Below, piece after piece: positions 9,022 through 19,142 of a stretch of DNA of 64,000 nucleotides. Each line of letters begins with the position of its first letter. Position 1 is the stretch's first letter. Source of the stretch: Clostridia bacterium (GTDB lineage Bacteria > Bacillota > Clostridia > Oscillospirales > Acutalibacteraceae); contig JAFXBF010000007.1 of NCBI GenBank assembly GCA_017516745.1, positions 46,079-110,078 on the forward strand, read 5' to 3'. Under the pieces are notes generated by a model. That model was not told where the DNA came from. It was given only the letters and a program-made list of their open reading frames with translations, and searched no databases. The position numbers and the translations under genes are program-made.

Positions 9022-9950
9022 TACTTATCGTCCTCTTCCTCGGATACGTCAAACAGACCCTCTGCAAAGGCTCTCGGGTCGAAGGGCTGTAAATCGTCCA
9101 TCTGCTCGCCGACACCGACAAACTTAACGGGAACATTAAGGTCGTGCTTGATTGCGAGAACAACACCGCCACGGGCAGTACCGTCCAGCTTTGTGAGGAC
9201 TATGCCCGTAATTTCGGCAACGTTCTTGAACTCTCTTGCCTGGTTGACAGCGTTCTGACCCGTTGTGGCATCAAGAACGAGAAGGCTTTCACGGTCTGAC
9301 CAGGGAAGCTCACGGTCGATAACTCTGTATATCTTGGCAAGCTCATCCATAAGGTTTTTCTTGTTGTGGAGTCTGCCTGCGGTATCGATAATGATAATAT
9401 CGGCGTTTCTTGCCTTACCTGCGCTGATTGTATCGAAAACAACTGCTGCAGGGTCTGCACCCTCTTTGTGCTTGACGATATCGACACCTGCTCTGTCAGC
9501 CCAAATCTGGAGCTGGTCAATAGCGGCGGCACGGAAGGTATCTGCCGCACCGAGTATGACCTTTTTGCCCTGAGCCTTATAGAGTGCCGCCATCTTGCCG
9601 ATGGTGGTTGTTTTGCCCACACCGTTAACGCCGATAACAAGGACGATTGACGGCATAGTAATCATTTCCATCTGCTCGCCGCCATCGATAAGCTCGGCAA
9701 CGATTTCCTTGATGGCATTTCTTACCTGCTTGCCGTTGCGCAGGTTTTCCTTTGCAACCTTTGCACGAAGACGGTCAATGATTTCCGTTGCGGTTGTAAC
9801 GCCGACATCACCCATAACGAGGATTTCCTCAAGGTCGTCAAACATTTCATCGGTAATTTCGTTGACACCGTGAAGAACGTTATCTATAGCACCTGCCATT
9901 GACAGTCTTGTCTTCTGCAGGCCTTTGTTGATTTTTGAAAAAATACCCAT
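9021..9950 (-). CDS. ftsY: Signal recognition particle receptor FtsY
   Basis: NG-domain motifs GVNGVGKTTTIGK, DTAGRLH and TKLDGTARGG. Confidence 0.95.
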   Translation of the reverse strand: MGIFSKINKGLQKTRLSMAGAIDNVLHGVNEITDEMFDDLEEILVMGDVGVTTATEIIDRLRAKVAKENLRNGKQVRNAIKEIVAELIDGGEQMEMITMPSIVLVIGVNGVGKTTTIGKMAALYKAQGKKVILGAADTFRAAAIDQLQIWADRAGVDIVKHKEGADPAAVVFDTISAGKARNADIIIIDTAGRLHNKKNLMDELAKIYRVIDRELPWSDRESLLVLDATTGQNAVNQAREFKNVAEITGIVLTKLDGTARGGVVLAIKHDLNVPVKFVGVGEQMDDLQPFDPRAFAEGLFDVSEEEDDK

Positions 9951-9967
9951 TTTTTATCTCTTTTCGA

Positions 9968-11755
9968 TTATTTTTCTTGTGCCGTAACGCTGATTCCGAG
10001 GTCTGTAAGCTGAACACCGTCAACAGGTGCAGGGCACTCTGTCATAGGCTCTGTGGCGTTCTGTACCTTCGGGAAGGCAATAACATCACGAAGACTGTCA
10101 CAGCCGAGCATCTGCATAATAAGTCTGTCAAGGCCGATGCCCATACCGCCGTGGGGAGGTGCACCGTAACGGAACGCATCAAGCAGATAGCCGAACTTTT
10201 CGTGTGCCTGCTCATCTGTAAGACCGAGGAGAGAGAAAATACGGCTCTGAAGCTCGGGGTTGGTGATACGGATTGAGCCGGAAGAAAGCTCGATACCGTT
10301 GAGAACAAGGTCATAAGCCTTTGCACGTACCTTTGCCTTGTCTGTTTCAAGGTATTCGATACACTCGTCCATGGGAGAAGTGAAGGGATGGTGCATAGCA
10401 ACAAACTGGCCAAGCTCCTCGTCCCAATCGAAGAACGGGAATTCGGTAATCCAGAGGAAGTTGTACTTATCCTTCGGAATAATATCGAGCTTGCGTGCAA
10501 CCTCACAGCGAAGCAGACCGAGAGTATTGAGAACAAGTGCGTTCTTGGGGTCTGCGATAATAAGCACTACGTCGCCCGGCTTGGCATCTGCCTTGGCAAG
10601 GATTGCTGCCATTTCGTCCTCTGTCATAAACTTTGCGAATGAGGAAGCCATTGTGCCGTCCTCATTGAGTCTTATCCATGCAAGACCCTTTGCGCCCGAG
10701 CCCTTGACAAATTCTGTGAGCTTGTCGATTTCTTTTCTTGTAAGGGTTGTAACGGCGTCCTTTGCGGTAATACCTCTTACGCTGCCGCCATTTTCTGTTG
10801 CGCCCGTGAATACGCTGAAGCCGCAGCCCTTAACAACATCGGTAAGGTCGTAAAGCTCCATTGCAAAGCGTGTGTCGGGCTTATCGGAGCCGTAGCGGTC
10901 CATAGCATCCTTATAGGTAAGGCGGGGAATATCGCCTTGAATTTCAACACCGAGAACATCCTTGAAAACTCTCTTGACATAGCCCTCACCTATTGCAAGG
11001 ACATCGTCCATTTCAACGAAGGACATTTCAAGGTCAATCTGTGTGAATTCGGGCTGTCTGTCTGCACGAAGGTCTTCATCACGGAAGCAGCGTGCAATCT
11101 GCATATATCTGTCGAAGCCAGCAACCATTGAAAGCTGCTTATAAAGCTGGGGTGACTGGGGAAGAGCATAGAAGCTGCCCTTATGAATACGGCTGGGAAC
11201 GATATAGTCACGTGCACCCTCGGGTGTGGAACGGATGAGGATGGGTGTTTCGATTTCGATAAAGCCGTTTTCATCGAAGTAGTCACGGGTGACCTTTGCA
11301 ATCTTATGGCGGAGCATAATGTTTGACTGCAGGTCGGGGCGGCGAAGGTCAAGATAGCGGTGCTTGAGTCTGGTAAGCTCCGAGGTCTGGCAGTTGGGAA
11401 CGATATCGAAGGGAGGTGTTTCACTCTTGTTGAGAACACGAAGCTCTGTTACTTCGATTTCAATTTCACCCGTGGGAATGTCGAGGTTCTTTGAGGAACG
11501 CTCACGGACAATACCCTTAGCCATAAGGACAAACTCACTTCTGCAGGCAAAAGCCTTGTCAAAAATTTCTCTGTCCGTATTATCGTCAAAGGCAAGCTGT
11601 ACTATACCCGTGCGGTCACGAAGGTCGATGAAGATAAGAGCGCCGAGGTCACGCTGACGCTGTACCCAACCGGCAACCACTACTTCCTTGCCTGCATCGC
11701 TTGCACGAAGCTCGCCGCAGTAATTTGTTCTTTTAAGTCCTGTCATAAAGTCCAT
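9968..11755 (-). CDS. aspS: Aspartate--tRNA ligase
   Basis: Class II aaRS motifs (KRTNYCGELR, FRDEDLRADRQPEFTQID, GLDRL). I chose ATG 11755, which lies 10 nt after AAAGGAG; the TTG at 11764 is too close to the SD. Confidence 0.95.
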   Translation of the reverse strand: MDFMTGLKRTNYCGELRASDAGKEVVVAGWVQRQRDLGALIFIDLRDRTGIVQLAFDDNTDREIFDKAFACRSEFVLMAKGIVRERSSKNLDIPTGEIEIEVTELRVLNKSETPPFDIVPNCQTSELTRLKHRYLDLRRPDLQSNIMLRHKIAKVTRDYFDENGFIEIETPILIRSTPEGARDYIVPSRIHKGSFYALPQSPQLYKQLSMVAGFDRYMQIARCFRDEDLRADRQPEFTQIDLEMSFVEMDDVLAIGEGYVKRVFKDVLGVEIQGDIPRLTYKDAMDRYGSDKPDTRFAMELYDLTDVVKGCGFSVFTGATENGGSVRGITAKDAVTTLTRKEIDKLTEFVKGSGAKGLAWIRLNEDGTMASSFAKFMTEDEMAAILAKADAKPGDVVLIIADPKNALVLNTLGLLRCEVARKLDIIPKDKYNFLWITEFPFFDWDEELGQFVAMHHPFTSPMDECIEYLETDKAKVRAKAYDLVLNGIELSSGSIRITNPELQSRIFSLLGLTDEQAHEKFGYLLDAFRYGAPPHGGMGIGLDRLIMQMLGCDSLRDVIAFPKVQNATEPMTECPAPVDGVQLTDLGISVTAQEK

Positions 11756-11781
11756 AATATTCAAACTCCTTTGAGTAATAA

Positions 11782-13122
11782 TCAGAATAGATTTGATATA
11801 TCAATGCCGCTCATATCTATGCCGTCCGTGCCTGCGATTTCGGCAACGGCTGACTGAATGAGGTAGCTCTGGTAGCTGTCCTCAAAGCCGTCAAGCTCCA
11901 TTTCAACGCTTTCGCCGCCGTTCATATCCTTGACGGTAACCTTACCGCTTTCAATTTCGCTGTCACCTATTACGACGGTGTTGCGCACGCCGAGCTTGTT
12001 GGCAAATTTCATCTGTGCCTTTACGGAACGGCCTGCAACATCGTACTGAACAGAGATGCCCTCCTCACGCAGAGAAGCGGCAAGCTTTGCGGCAAGCACG
12101 GTAGCCTCCTCACCCATTGAAGCGATATAGAGGTCGGGCTTTTCTTCCTCGGGCAGAGGTGTGTTCTGTGCCTGCATAAGAAGCATAAGGCGTTCGATAC
12201 CCAGCGCAAAGCCGAGTGACGGTGTGCTGTTGCCGCCGAGCTGTTCAGCAAGGCCGTCGTATCTGCCGCCACCGCAGACAGTACCCTGTGCACCGATCTG
12301 TGTGGAAACGAACTCAAAAACCGTTCTTGTATAATAATCAAGACCTCTTACGATGGTCGGATTGACAACATAAGGGATATTCATTGCATCGAGGTGCTTT
12401 TTGACCAACTCAAAGTGTGCCGAGCAATCCTCACAGATGTAATCGAGCACCTTCGGAGCATCCTTGGCGATTTCGCTGCAGACGGGACTCTTACAGTCGA
12501 GAATACGCATCGGGTTTCTGCCAAGGCGGTCAAGGCAGGTTTCGCAAAGGTCTGCCTTTTTTGACTCAAAATAGCTGTGAAGTGCCTCGTGATACTTTTT
12601 ACGGCAGGTGGGGCAGCCGATTGAGTTGATTTCAAGCTGAAGACCCTCTACGCCGAGATGCGAAAAGATTTCGTGGCCGAGGCTGATAAGCTCTGCATCC
12701 GCAGCAGGTGCGGCTGTGCCGAGACACTCAACACCGAACTGGTGGAATTCACGCAGTCTGCCTGCCTGAGGCTTTTCATATCGGTAGCAGGAGGTGAGAT
12801 AGCTGACCTTCTGCGGCAGAGGCTCATTGAAAAGGCCGTGCTCAAGGAAGGCTCTCATTGCGCCTGCCGTACCCTCGGGACGAAGGGTGATTGAACGGCC
12901 GCCCTTATCGTCGAAGGTGTACATTTCCTTCTGGACAACATCGGTCGTATCGCCTACACCACGGCTGAAAAGCTCGGTGTGTTCAAAAACGGGAGTGCGT
13001 ATTTCCTTATAGCCGAATTTGCTTGCAATGTCGAGCATTGTCTGCTCAACATAGCGGTTTTTATAGCTCTCATTGGGCAGTAAATCCTGTGTGCCCTTGA
13101 TGGCTTTTGTAACTAATGCCAT
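11782..13122 (-). CDS. hisS: Histidine--tRNA ligase
   Basis: AIKGTQDLLP, ...RYEKPQAGRLREFHQFG..., GGGRYDGL. Confidence 0.95.
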   Translation of the reverse strand: MALVTKAIKGTQDLLPNESYKNRYVEQTMLDIASKFGYKEIRTPVFEHTELFSRGVGDTTDVVQKEMYTFDDKGGRSITLRPEGTAGAMRAFLEHGLFNEPLPQKVSYLTSCYRYEKPQAGRLREFHQFGVECLGTAAPAADAELISLGHEIFSHLGVEGLQLEINSIGCPTCRKKYHEALHSYFESKKADLCETCLDRLGRNPMRILDCKSPVCSEIAKDAPKVLDYICEDCSAHFELVKKHLDAMNIPYVVNPTIVRGLDYYTRTVFEFVSTQIGAQGTVCGGGRYDGLAEQLGGNSTPSLGFALGIERLMLLMQAQNTPLPEEEKPDLYIASMGEEATVLAAKLAASLREEGISVQYDVAGRSVKAQMKFANKLGVRNTVVIGDSEIESGKVTVKDMNGGESVEMELDGFEDSYQSYLIQSAVAEIAGTDGIDMSGIDISNLF

Positions 13123-13163
13123 TGTAAAATATCCTTTCGCAAGTGGTTAAAAATATGACTACA

Positions 13164-13188
13164 GGGCGGACAATCGTTTTGTCCGCCC
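13164..13188 (-). terminator. Hairpin after mgsA (weak terminator candidate)
   Basis: 10-bp stem GGGCGGACAA / TTGTCCGCCC. The T-run on the minus strand is not immediately adjacent. Confidence 0.35.
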
Positions 13189-13199
13189 CGGTTAATGAT

Positions 13200-13604
13200 T
13201 TATCCCTTGGGGTTAACTATATCACGCCAGTCGAGGTCGCCTCTTTCAAGGCTGTGTATGATTGCCTCGGCTGTTGCGATGTTGGTTGCAACGGGGATGT
13301 TGTGTACGTCGCACAGCCTTAAAAGCGTTGCTTCGTTGGGCTCGTGCGGCTTGGGGTTAAGCGGGTCACGGAAAAGAAGCAGCAGGTCAATTTCATTGCA
13401 GGCAATTCGTGCAGCAATCTGCTGGTCGCCGCCCTGGGAACCGCTCAGGAAGCTCTGGATTTTAAGGCCGGTTGCTTCGCTTACAAGCTTGCCCGTAGTG
13501 CCCGTTGCGCAAAGTGAGTGCCTGCTGAGAATTCCGCAGTAGGCAATACAAAACTGGGTCATAAGTTCTTTCTTTGCATCGTGAGCTATTAAAGCAATGT
13601 TCAT
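13200..13604 (-). CDS. mgsA: Methylglyoxal synthase
   Basis: [12 protein letters not shown]...ATGTTG... I chose the internal ATG at 13604, which fits the usual ~135-aa MgsA length. Confidence 0.9.
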   Translation of the reverse strand: MNIALIAHDAKKELMTQFCIAYCGILSRHSLCATGTTGKLVSEATGLKIQSFLSGSQGGDQQIAARIACNEIDLLLLFRDPLNPKPHEPNEATLLRLCDVHNIPVATNIATAEAIIHSLERGDLDWRDIVNPKG

Positions 13605-13750
13605 ACTCTTTTTCCTTTCTGTACCGCAATTTTCAGGATAACAGGTCTTAATTACACTAAAACCTATTTTACCCGTATATTTTACCAAAAATCCCCTTAT
13701 AAGTCAAATATTTTTTTAGATATATTAATAGTTTTTTATTGATATACCTG

Positions 13751-14479
13751 TCAGTCAATTTCAAGAGGCACTCTTTTGCCCTCAAGACGGGAGGCAATTC
13801 TTGAAAAAGCCGCCGCAGACGGGCTTCTTTTGGGCAGAAGCTTTCCGCAGGTCATATTAAATGAAAGCGCATTGTCCTGAGGCACAACACCGATAAGGCG
13901 AAGGCAGGTTGAGTCAATTACATCGTCAATATTCAGACGTTTGCCCTTGATTGTGGCTTTTTTGTCAAAACGGTTTATAACAAGACGGCTGTTTTTAATT
14001 CCCATAGAGCTGAGTTTATCTACCGCAGCCGCACCGCTTCGCACACATACGCTGTCGGGAGTGGCAACAACAATTGCGCTGTTTGCCGCAGCAGCAGCAA
14101 GCTTAAAGCCGTTGCCGATACCTGCAGGAGAATCGAAAAGGATAAAATCAAAACGCTCCTCGAATTCATCAGCCATGCTGCTCATAGCCTCGGGTGTGAA
14201 GCAATCCTCAAATTCTGCCGGTGCACAAAGAAGTGAGCAGCCGCAGTTTGTCCGGGTCAGCGCATCGTCACAGCTGCATCTGCCTGCAATTATATCACCC
14301 CAGGTGAAAAGCATATCTGCACCTGCGCCCAGAATGATATCAAGGCTTCTCAAACCTATATCACAGTCCACCACAAGCACATTGTGCCCCGAATTCTGAA
14401 GGGCACAGGCAAGCCCTGCGGTAACGGACGATTTGCCTACGCCGCCCTTGCCGGAAGCAATTACAATTCTTGCAGCCAT
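13751..14479 (-). CDS. MinD/ParA-family P-loop ATPase (orphan MinD-like)
   Basis: Deviant Walker A motif SGKGGVGKSS in a 242-aa ORF. No minC or minE is adjacent. Confidence 0.8.
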   Translation of the reverse strand: MAARIVIASGKGGVGKSSVTAGLACALQNSGHNVLVVDCDIGLRSLDIILGAGADMLFTWGDIIAGRCSCDDALTRTNCGCSLLCAPAEFEDCFTPEAMSSMADEFEERFDFILFDSPAGIGNGFKLAAAAANSAIVVATPDSVCVRSGAAAVDKLSSMGIKNSRLVINRFDKKATIKGKRLNIDDVIDSTCLRLIGVVPQDNALSFNMTCGKLLPKRSPSAAAFSRIASRLEGKRVPLEID

Positions 14480-14550
14480 TTCAACCTTCTCCTCAAATAA
14501 CTATTCGTATTATTTTATCAAATATTTAATAAAAAGTAAAGTATATTTTA

Positions 14551-15699
14551 TTATTCTGTAGGTGCCTTCCAATCAAAAATAAGCTCAGGCTGAACAAATG
14601 GAGTTTTTGAATAACAGCCGTTCAACTCCTCGCCGTATTTTACGTGATGGATGACATTTACAAGCATTTCAAGGTCACGGTGGTGGTGGGAATGCACACC
14701 CTTGCGGTAATACCAAAGAAGGTTATCTTCTGCACCGAGGAATTTGTAAACCTCCTTTGCCGCCATTGTTGTGTGCCACGAGCCGACGGGATTGCCCCAG
14801 ATATCGCTTGCCGCTTCGGAAACAAACAACACACGGGGAGCAATAAGTGACTTTATGAAATGAGCATCAAAGGGCAGCTCTGCTTCATTATCCGCATATT
14901 TGCCCATATCGGGTCCCATCCAGAAGCAAAAGTTACGAAGTAAATCGGAAAGCGTTTCGCTTCGTGCTTCCTCACCGTTTTCCCTTACTGCCGACATATG
15001 CACACGGTAGCAGGCACACGAGCCTGCACAGGTTTCATTGGGGTTTACAATTGCGGCACGCTTATCAAGCACGCCTGCAAGTGCGGCTGTTTTACCGCCA
15101 CGGGAATGACCCGTAAATGCAACACAGCTCATATCGACTATGCCGAGCTTTTCGAGTGCATCAACACAGCGTGAATAACCCCACGCCCAGGCACCCAAAG
15201 CACCGAAGGTATATTCGGGATAGGTTTCGTAAAGCTGACCGTGCCCCGTACCTCTGCAGTCGGTATCGTGGGCAAGCTCACAGCGGTTAAAAAGGCAGAT
15301 TGTTATGCCGTTATTATTAAAAATGGAGGTGTATTTTTTGTCAAAGGGATAGTCAAAGCACATATCACCGTCAATAACAACGGGGCGTTTGTCAGTTCTG
15401 TCTGCGCCCTTTACATACATTGTGAAAACAACGGGCTTTTCACAGGTGCCCGTATGTATTCTGTACGATTCGACATTACTGACATAAAGCGGCTCAATCT
15501 CCAGAAATTCGGGCTCGGGCGGCATGGTGCCGTACTGAAGCTCAACAGCCGTTTTGAACATTTCCTCACGGCGTTTTTCCCAGTCTGCCTTTGTTTTTAC
15601 ACGGGTGCCGTCATCAAACAAAAACGGGTCGGGCAGCTTGCCCATAACCTCATATTTTGTAAGCTTGATGGTGTTTTCATCTACACAGTACTGACACAT
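14551..15699 (-). CDS. Alpha/beta hydrolase, carbohydrate esterase family 15 (glucuronoyl esterase)-like
   Basis: N-terminal LPDPFLFDDGTRVKTKADWEKRREEM and the nucleophile elbow GHSRGGK resemble CE15 (G-C-S-R-x-G). No signal peptide is visible. Confidence 0.55.
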   Translation of the reverse strand: MCQYCVDENTIKLTKYEVMGKLPDPFLFDDGTRVKTKADWEKRREEMFKTAVELQYGTMPPEPEFLEIEPLYVSNVESYRIHTGTCEKPVVFTMYVKGADRTDKRPVVIDGDMCFDYPFDKKYTSIFNNNGITICLFNRCELAHDTDCRGTGHGQLYETYPEYTFGALGAWAWGYSRCVDALEKLGIVDMSCVAFTGHSRGGKTAALAGVLDKRAAIVNPNETCAGSCACYRVHMSAVRENGEEARSETLSDLLRNFCFWMGPDMGKYADNEAELPFDAHFIKSLIAPRVLFVSEAASDIWGNPVGSWHTTMAAKEVYKFLGAEDNLLWYYRKGVHSHHHRDLEMLVNVIHHVKYGEELNGCYSKTPFVQPELIFDWKAPTE

Positions 15700-15733
15700 A
15701 ATAAAGCCTCCTATGTTATTAAAATTGTTCGAT

Positions 15734-15770
15734 AAATTAGAGTTTGTAGGGGCGACCTTTGGTCGTCCGT
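15734..15770. repeat. AAATTAGAGTTTGTAGGGGCG..hairpin repeat
   Basis: AAATTAGAGTTTGTAGGGGCGACCTTTGGTCGTCCGTG. A near copy lies at 36509-36547, and the first 16 nt (ATAAATTAGAGTTTGT) recur at 41701-41716. Confidence 0.6.
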
Positions 15771-15804
15771 GTTGTCAATATATCAATGTAAATTTGATTA
15801 TCAT

Positions 15805-15882
15805 GTAGGGACAATTCACGAATTGTCCGCCGTTAACGGGATATACCGGTAAATTACGGTCGATTCGTGAATCGACCCTACA
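15805..15882. repeat. MITE/REP-like element, second copy of the 977-1052 type
   Basis: GTAGGGACAATTCACGAATTGTCC (15805-15828) and GGTCGATTCGTGAATCGACCCTAC (15859-15882). Confidence 0.7.
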
Positions 15883-15985
15883 AAATGCATTCATTTCGGC
15901 AAACTGTAATTTGCTATACTACACCAACATCATACATCATATTAATTAGAATATAAAGACTTATTTTGATTTTTGGTGAAAAATT

Positions 15986-17332
15986 ATGTCAGGGATAATA
16001 TTTTCAATACGGGATCTTTGCTGGAATCCACTGCTGCTTGCGGCATTTTTCGGAGTGGGGTTATATTTCAGCATAAAATCGGGCTTTCTGCAGCTACGCA
16101 GACCCGTATATATATTCCGCTCGACCTTCGGCAACATAAAGAAAGCCGACACCAAAGACGGGATATCCCCTTTCGCCGCTCTTTCTGCAGCACTTGCCGC
16201 CTGTATGGGCACGGGCAACATAATAGGCGTTGCAAGTGCGCTGACTCTCGGCGGCCCCGGTGCAGTTTTCTGGATGGTTGTTTCCGCCTTGCTCGGTGAA
16301 ATGACAAGCTGTGCGGAAAATATACTCGGTATTGAATACAGGGCAAAGAACGAGAAAAACGAGTGGATGGGCGGCTCTTTGCTGTACATAGAAAAGGCCT
16401 TCGGCAGAAAAACCGCCTGCGTTTTCAGCGTTTTCTGTGCGGGTGCGGCACTCGGAATGGGCAATATGACACAGGCAAACGCTATCAGCACCGCCGTTTG
16501 TGAGCAGACGGAAACATTACCCGTTGCGTTGGGTGTTGCGGTTGCCGCCGTTGTTGGTATGGTTATTTTCGGCGGAGTGAAGCGTGTTTCGGGCGTTACG
16601 GAAAAGATTATTCCGCCGCTGTCACTGGCAGTTATAATTGCACTTCTGGCAGTAATAATAAAGAATTATACCTTTATTGTTCCGTGCATCAAACAGATTT
16701 TTGTTTCGGCGTTTGGTTTCGGCTCGCTGTCTGCAGGTGTGGGGTCGTACACTCTTTCAAAAGCGCTTAAGGAAGGCTTTGCACGGGGTGTGTTTTCCAA
16801 CGAGGCCGGTTTAGGCTCATCACCCCTTGTACACGCTTCGGCAGATGTCAGAGAGCCATTAGAGCAAGGCTTATGGGGAATTGCCGAGGTTTTTATTGAC
16901 ACCGTGCTGATGTGCACGCTGACCGCTCTTGCACTTATGACAAGCGGTGCTTACGGAAACAGTACTCCCCTTTCGCCCGTACAGATGAGTGTTGCCGCTT
17001 TTTCGGATATCTTCGGGAATTCAAGCGGAGTTTTCGTGTGCGTTGCGCTTTGCCTTTTTGCCTTTGCAACGATAATCGGCTGGGGGTTCTACGGCGAAAA
17101 GGCGGTTGAATATGCCTTTGGCGAAAAAGCCATAACACCGTATAGGCTTGTATTTTTAATCTGCACGGTTATAGGTACCTGTGCTTCACTTGATACGGTG
17201 TGGGCTCTTTCCGATATTTTCAACGCACTTATGGCAATACCAAACCTTGCTGCAATTGTGGTTTTAAGAAAAAAGGCAGTTTATCACATAAAAAAAATCA
17301 GCCCTGAAAACTCAAGGCTGATTTGTGATTGA
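15986..17332 (+). CDS. Alanine/glycine:cation symporter (AGCS family)
   Basis: 448 aa, polytopic, with an AGCS-typical segment ISPFAALSAALAACMGTGNIIGVASALTLGGPGAVFWM. Confidence 0.9.
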   Translation: MSGIIFSIRDLCWNPLLLAAFFGVGLYFSIKSGFLQLRRPVYIFRSTFGNIKKADTKDGISPFAALSAALAACMGTGNIIGVASALTLGGPGAVFWMVVSALLGEMTSCAENILGIEYRAKNEKNEWMGGSLLYIEKAFGRKTACVFSVFCAGAALGMGNMTQANAISTAVCEQTETLPVALGVAVAAVVGMVIFGGVKRVSGVTEKIIPPLSLAVIIALLAVIIKNYTFIVPCIKQIFVSAFGFGSLSAGVGSYTLSKALKEGFARGVFSNEAGLGSSPLVHASADVREPLEQGLWGIAEVFIDTVLMCTLTALALMTSGAYGNSTPLSPVQMSVAAFSDIFGNSSGVFVCVALCLFAFATIIGWGFYGEKAVEYAFGEKAITPYRLVFLICTVIGTCASLDTVWALSDIFNALMAIPNLAAIVVLRKKAVYHIKKISPENSRLICD

Positions 17333-17341
17333 CTTTTTATT

Positions 17342-19006
17342 TTACTGGACTGCCTTCTTGGATGTTGTGAGCTTGATGATAAACATACCTGCAAGCATAA
17401 CAACAATCATGAGGGGAAGGACAATAGCCGCATTGGGCACGAAGCCGGCGATAACATAACCTACGAATGAGAACGCAGCAACCGTAACAGCGTAGGGAAT
17501 CTGAGTTGAAACGTGGTTGAGGTGGTTACACTGACCGCCTGCGGAGGACATAATTGTTGTATCGGAGATGGGTGAACAGTGGTCGCCGCATACAGCACCT
17601 GCAAGGCAAGCGGACATTGCAACAATCTGGAGCGGATCGCCTGCTTCGAAGATAACAATAACGATGGGGATAAGAATACCGAAGGTACCCCATGATGTAC
17701 CTGTTGAGAAGGAAATAAAGCAGGCAACCAGGAAGATGATGGCGGGAAGGAAGTTTGCAAAAGCGCCAGCGTTGCCCATAGCATCGTTAACAAAGGGCTG
17801 TGCACCGAGAACAGCTGTCATATTCTTAAGAGCTGTTGCGAATGTAAGGATAAGGATAGCGGGAACCATTGCAATAAAGCCCTTGGGAATGCACTCCATA
17901 GCTTCCTTAACGGTGATAACCTTACGCAGTGCAAGATAAGCAATTGTGAATACAAGAGCAATAATGCTGCCCCAGGGAAGACCGACTGTAGCATCTGTAT
18001 CACCGAAGGCTGTGATGAAATCCGCACCGTCGAAAAAGCCGCCGACATAGATAAGAGCAAATACGCAGGCGATGATAAGAACAACAATGGGAAGAACAAG
18101 GTCGAGAACCTTACCCTTGGGGTTGAAGCCCTCTTCTGCTACCTCTGCCTTTTCGCCTGAGGTATAGAGGTCACCGTGCTTCTGAGCGTTGAACTCGTGA
18201 AGCTTCATCGGGCCGAAGTCAAACTTCATAACTGCAAGAGCAATTACGAAAACGAGTGTAAGAAGTGAGTAGAAGTTGAAGGGAATAGCCTTGATGAAAA
18301 GAGAAAGACCTTCGCCCTCGGGAGCGTAAGAGGAAACTGCTGCAGCCCATGAAGAGATGGGAGCAATCATACAAATCGGAGCTGCCGTAGCATCAATAAG
18401 GTAGGACAGCTTTGCACGAGAAACCTTGTGGCTGTCGGTTACGGGGCGCATAACAGAGCCGACTGTAAGGCAGTTGAAGTAGTCGTCGATAAAGATAAGT
18501 ACGCCGAGTACAAAGGTTGCAAGCATTGCACCTGTACGGGACTTGATGTGAGTCTGTGCCCAGCGGCCGAAAGCGGCTGAACCGCCCGACTTGTTGACAA
18601 GGGCAACAATAACACCGAGAACAACAAGGAATACAAAGATACCTGCTGTACCCGAAACGGCGGAAATAAGGCCGTCGTTAGTGAGGATATCCATAGTACC
18701 GGTAAAGCTGAAGTTTGCACCGAGGAGAGCACCGGCAAGGATACCGATGAACAGAGAGCTGTAAACCTCTTTGGTTATAAGGGCAAGACCGATAGCGATT
18801 ACGGGGGGAACGAGAGCCCACCAGGAAGCCGTAACCTCACCTGCGCCTGCACAGGTTTCGCAGTCTGCACCGTCAACAAGACCTGCACCGCCGCAATCAA
18901 CGCAGGGAGCAGTTGCCATTGCGCCGCCAGAAACGCCTGCCCAGACGAGCAGACCGACAATTGCTACAGCGACAACGGCAAGAAGTATTTTTCTTGACTT
19001 TGACAT
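17342..19006 (-). CDS. NhaC-family Na+/H+ antiporter with an N-terminal TM anchor and two CXXCXGXG motifs
   Basis: The polytopic core resembles NhaC. I chose the start at ATG 19006, preceded by TAGGAG. Residues 35-56 read CVDCGGAG...CETCAGAG. Confidence 0.85.
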   Translation of the reverse strand: MSKSRKILLAVVAVAIVGLLVWAGVSGGAMATAPCVDCGGAGLVDGADCETCAGAGEVTASWWALVPPVIAIGLALITKEVYSSLFIGILAGALLGANFSFTGTMDILTNDGLISAVSGTAGIFVFLVVLGVIVALVNKSGGSAAFGRWAQTHIKSRTGAMLATFVLGVLIFIDDYFNCLTVGSVMRPVTDSHKVSRAKLSYLIDATAAPICMIAPISSWAAAVSSYAPEGEGLSLFIKAIPFNFYSLLTLVFVIALAVMKFDFGPMKLHEFNAQKHGDLYTSGEKAEVAEEGFNPKGKVLDLVLPIVVLIIACVFALIYVGGFFDGADFITAFGDTDATVGLPWGSIIALVFTIAYLALRKVITVKEAMECIPKGFIAMVPAILILTFATALKNMTAVLGAQPFVNDAMGNAGAFANFLPAIIFLVACFISFSTGTSWGTFGILIPIVIVIFEAGDPLQIVAMSACLAGAVCGDHCSPISDTTIMSSAGGQCNHLNHVSTQIPYAVTVAAFSFVGYVIAGFVPNAAIVLPLMIVVMLAGMFIIKLTTSKKAVQ

Positions 19007-19142
19007 TTTAGTCACTCCTAATAAATATTTTGGGGATATGCTTTTACGGGTAGAATATAGCACACTTAAATTGCAGTGTCAACAACAATATTCGAAAAGA
19101 AAACAATTATTATTTCTTATTTCTTCTTTATTCTTTATTATT

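Noticed and set aside
13123-13199. I looked for a T-box leader upstream of hisS-aspS.
   Set aside because: Only 77 nt separate hisS from the mgsA stop codon. This is too short for a T-box, and no T-box consensus (AGAGA...GGTGNA-type bulge or terminator) is visible.
17297-17340. Hairpin AATCAGCC..GGCTGATT at the 3' end of the AGCS gene as a terminator.
   Set aside because: The stem lies inside the coding sequence, and the following T-run is interrupted. The evidence is too weak to list as a feature.
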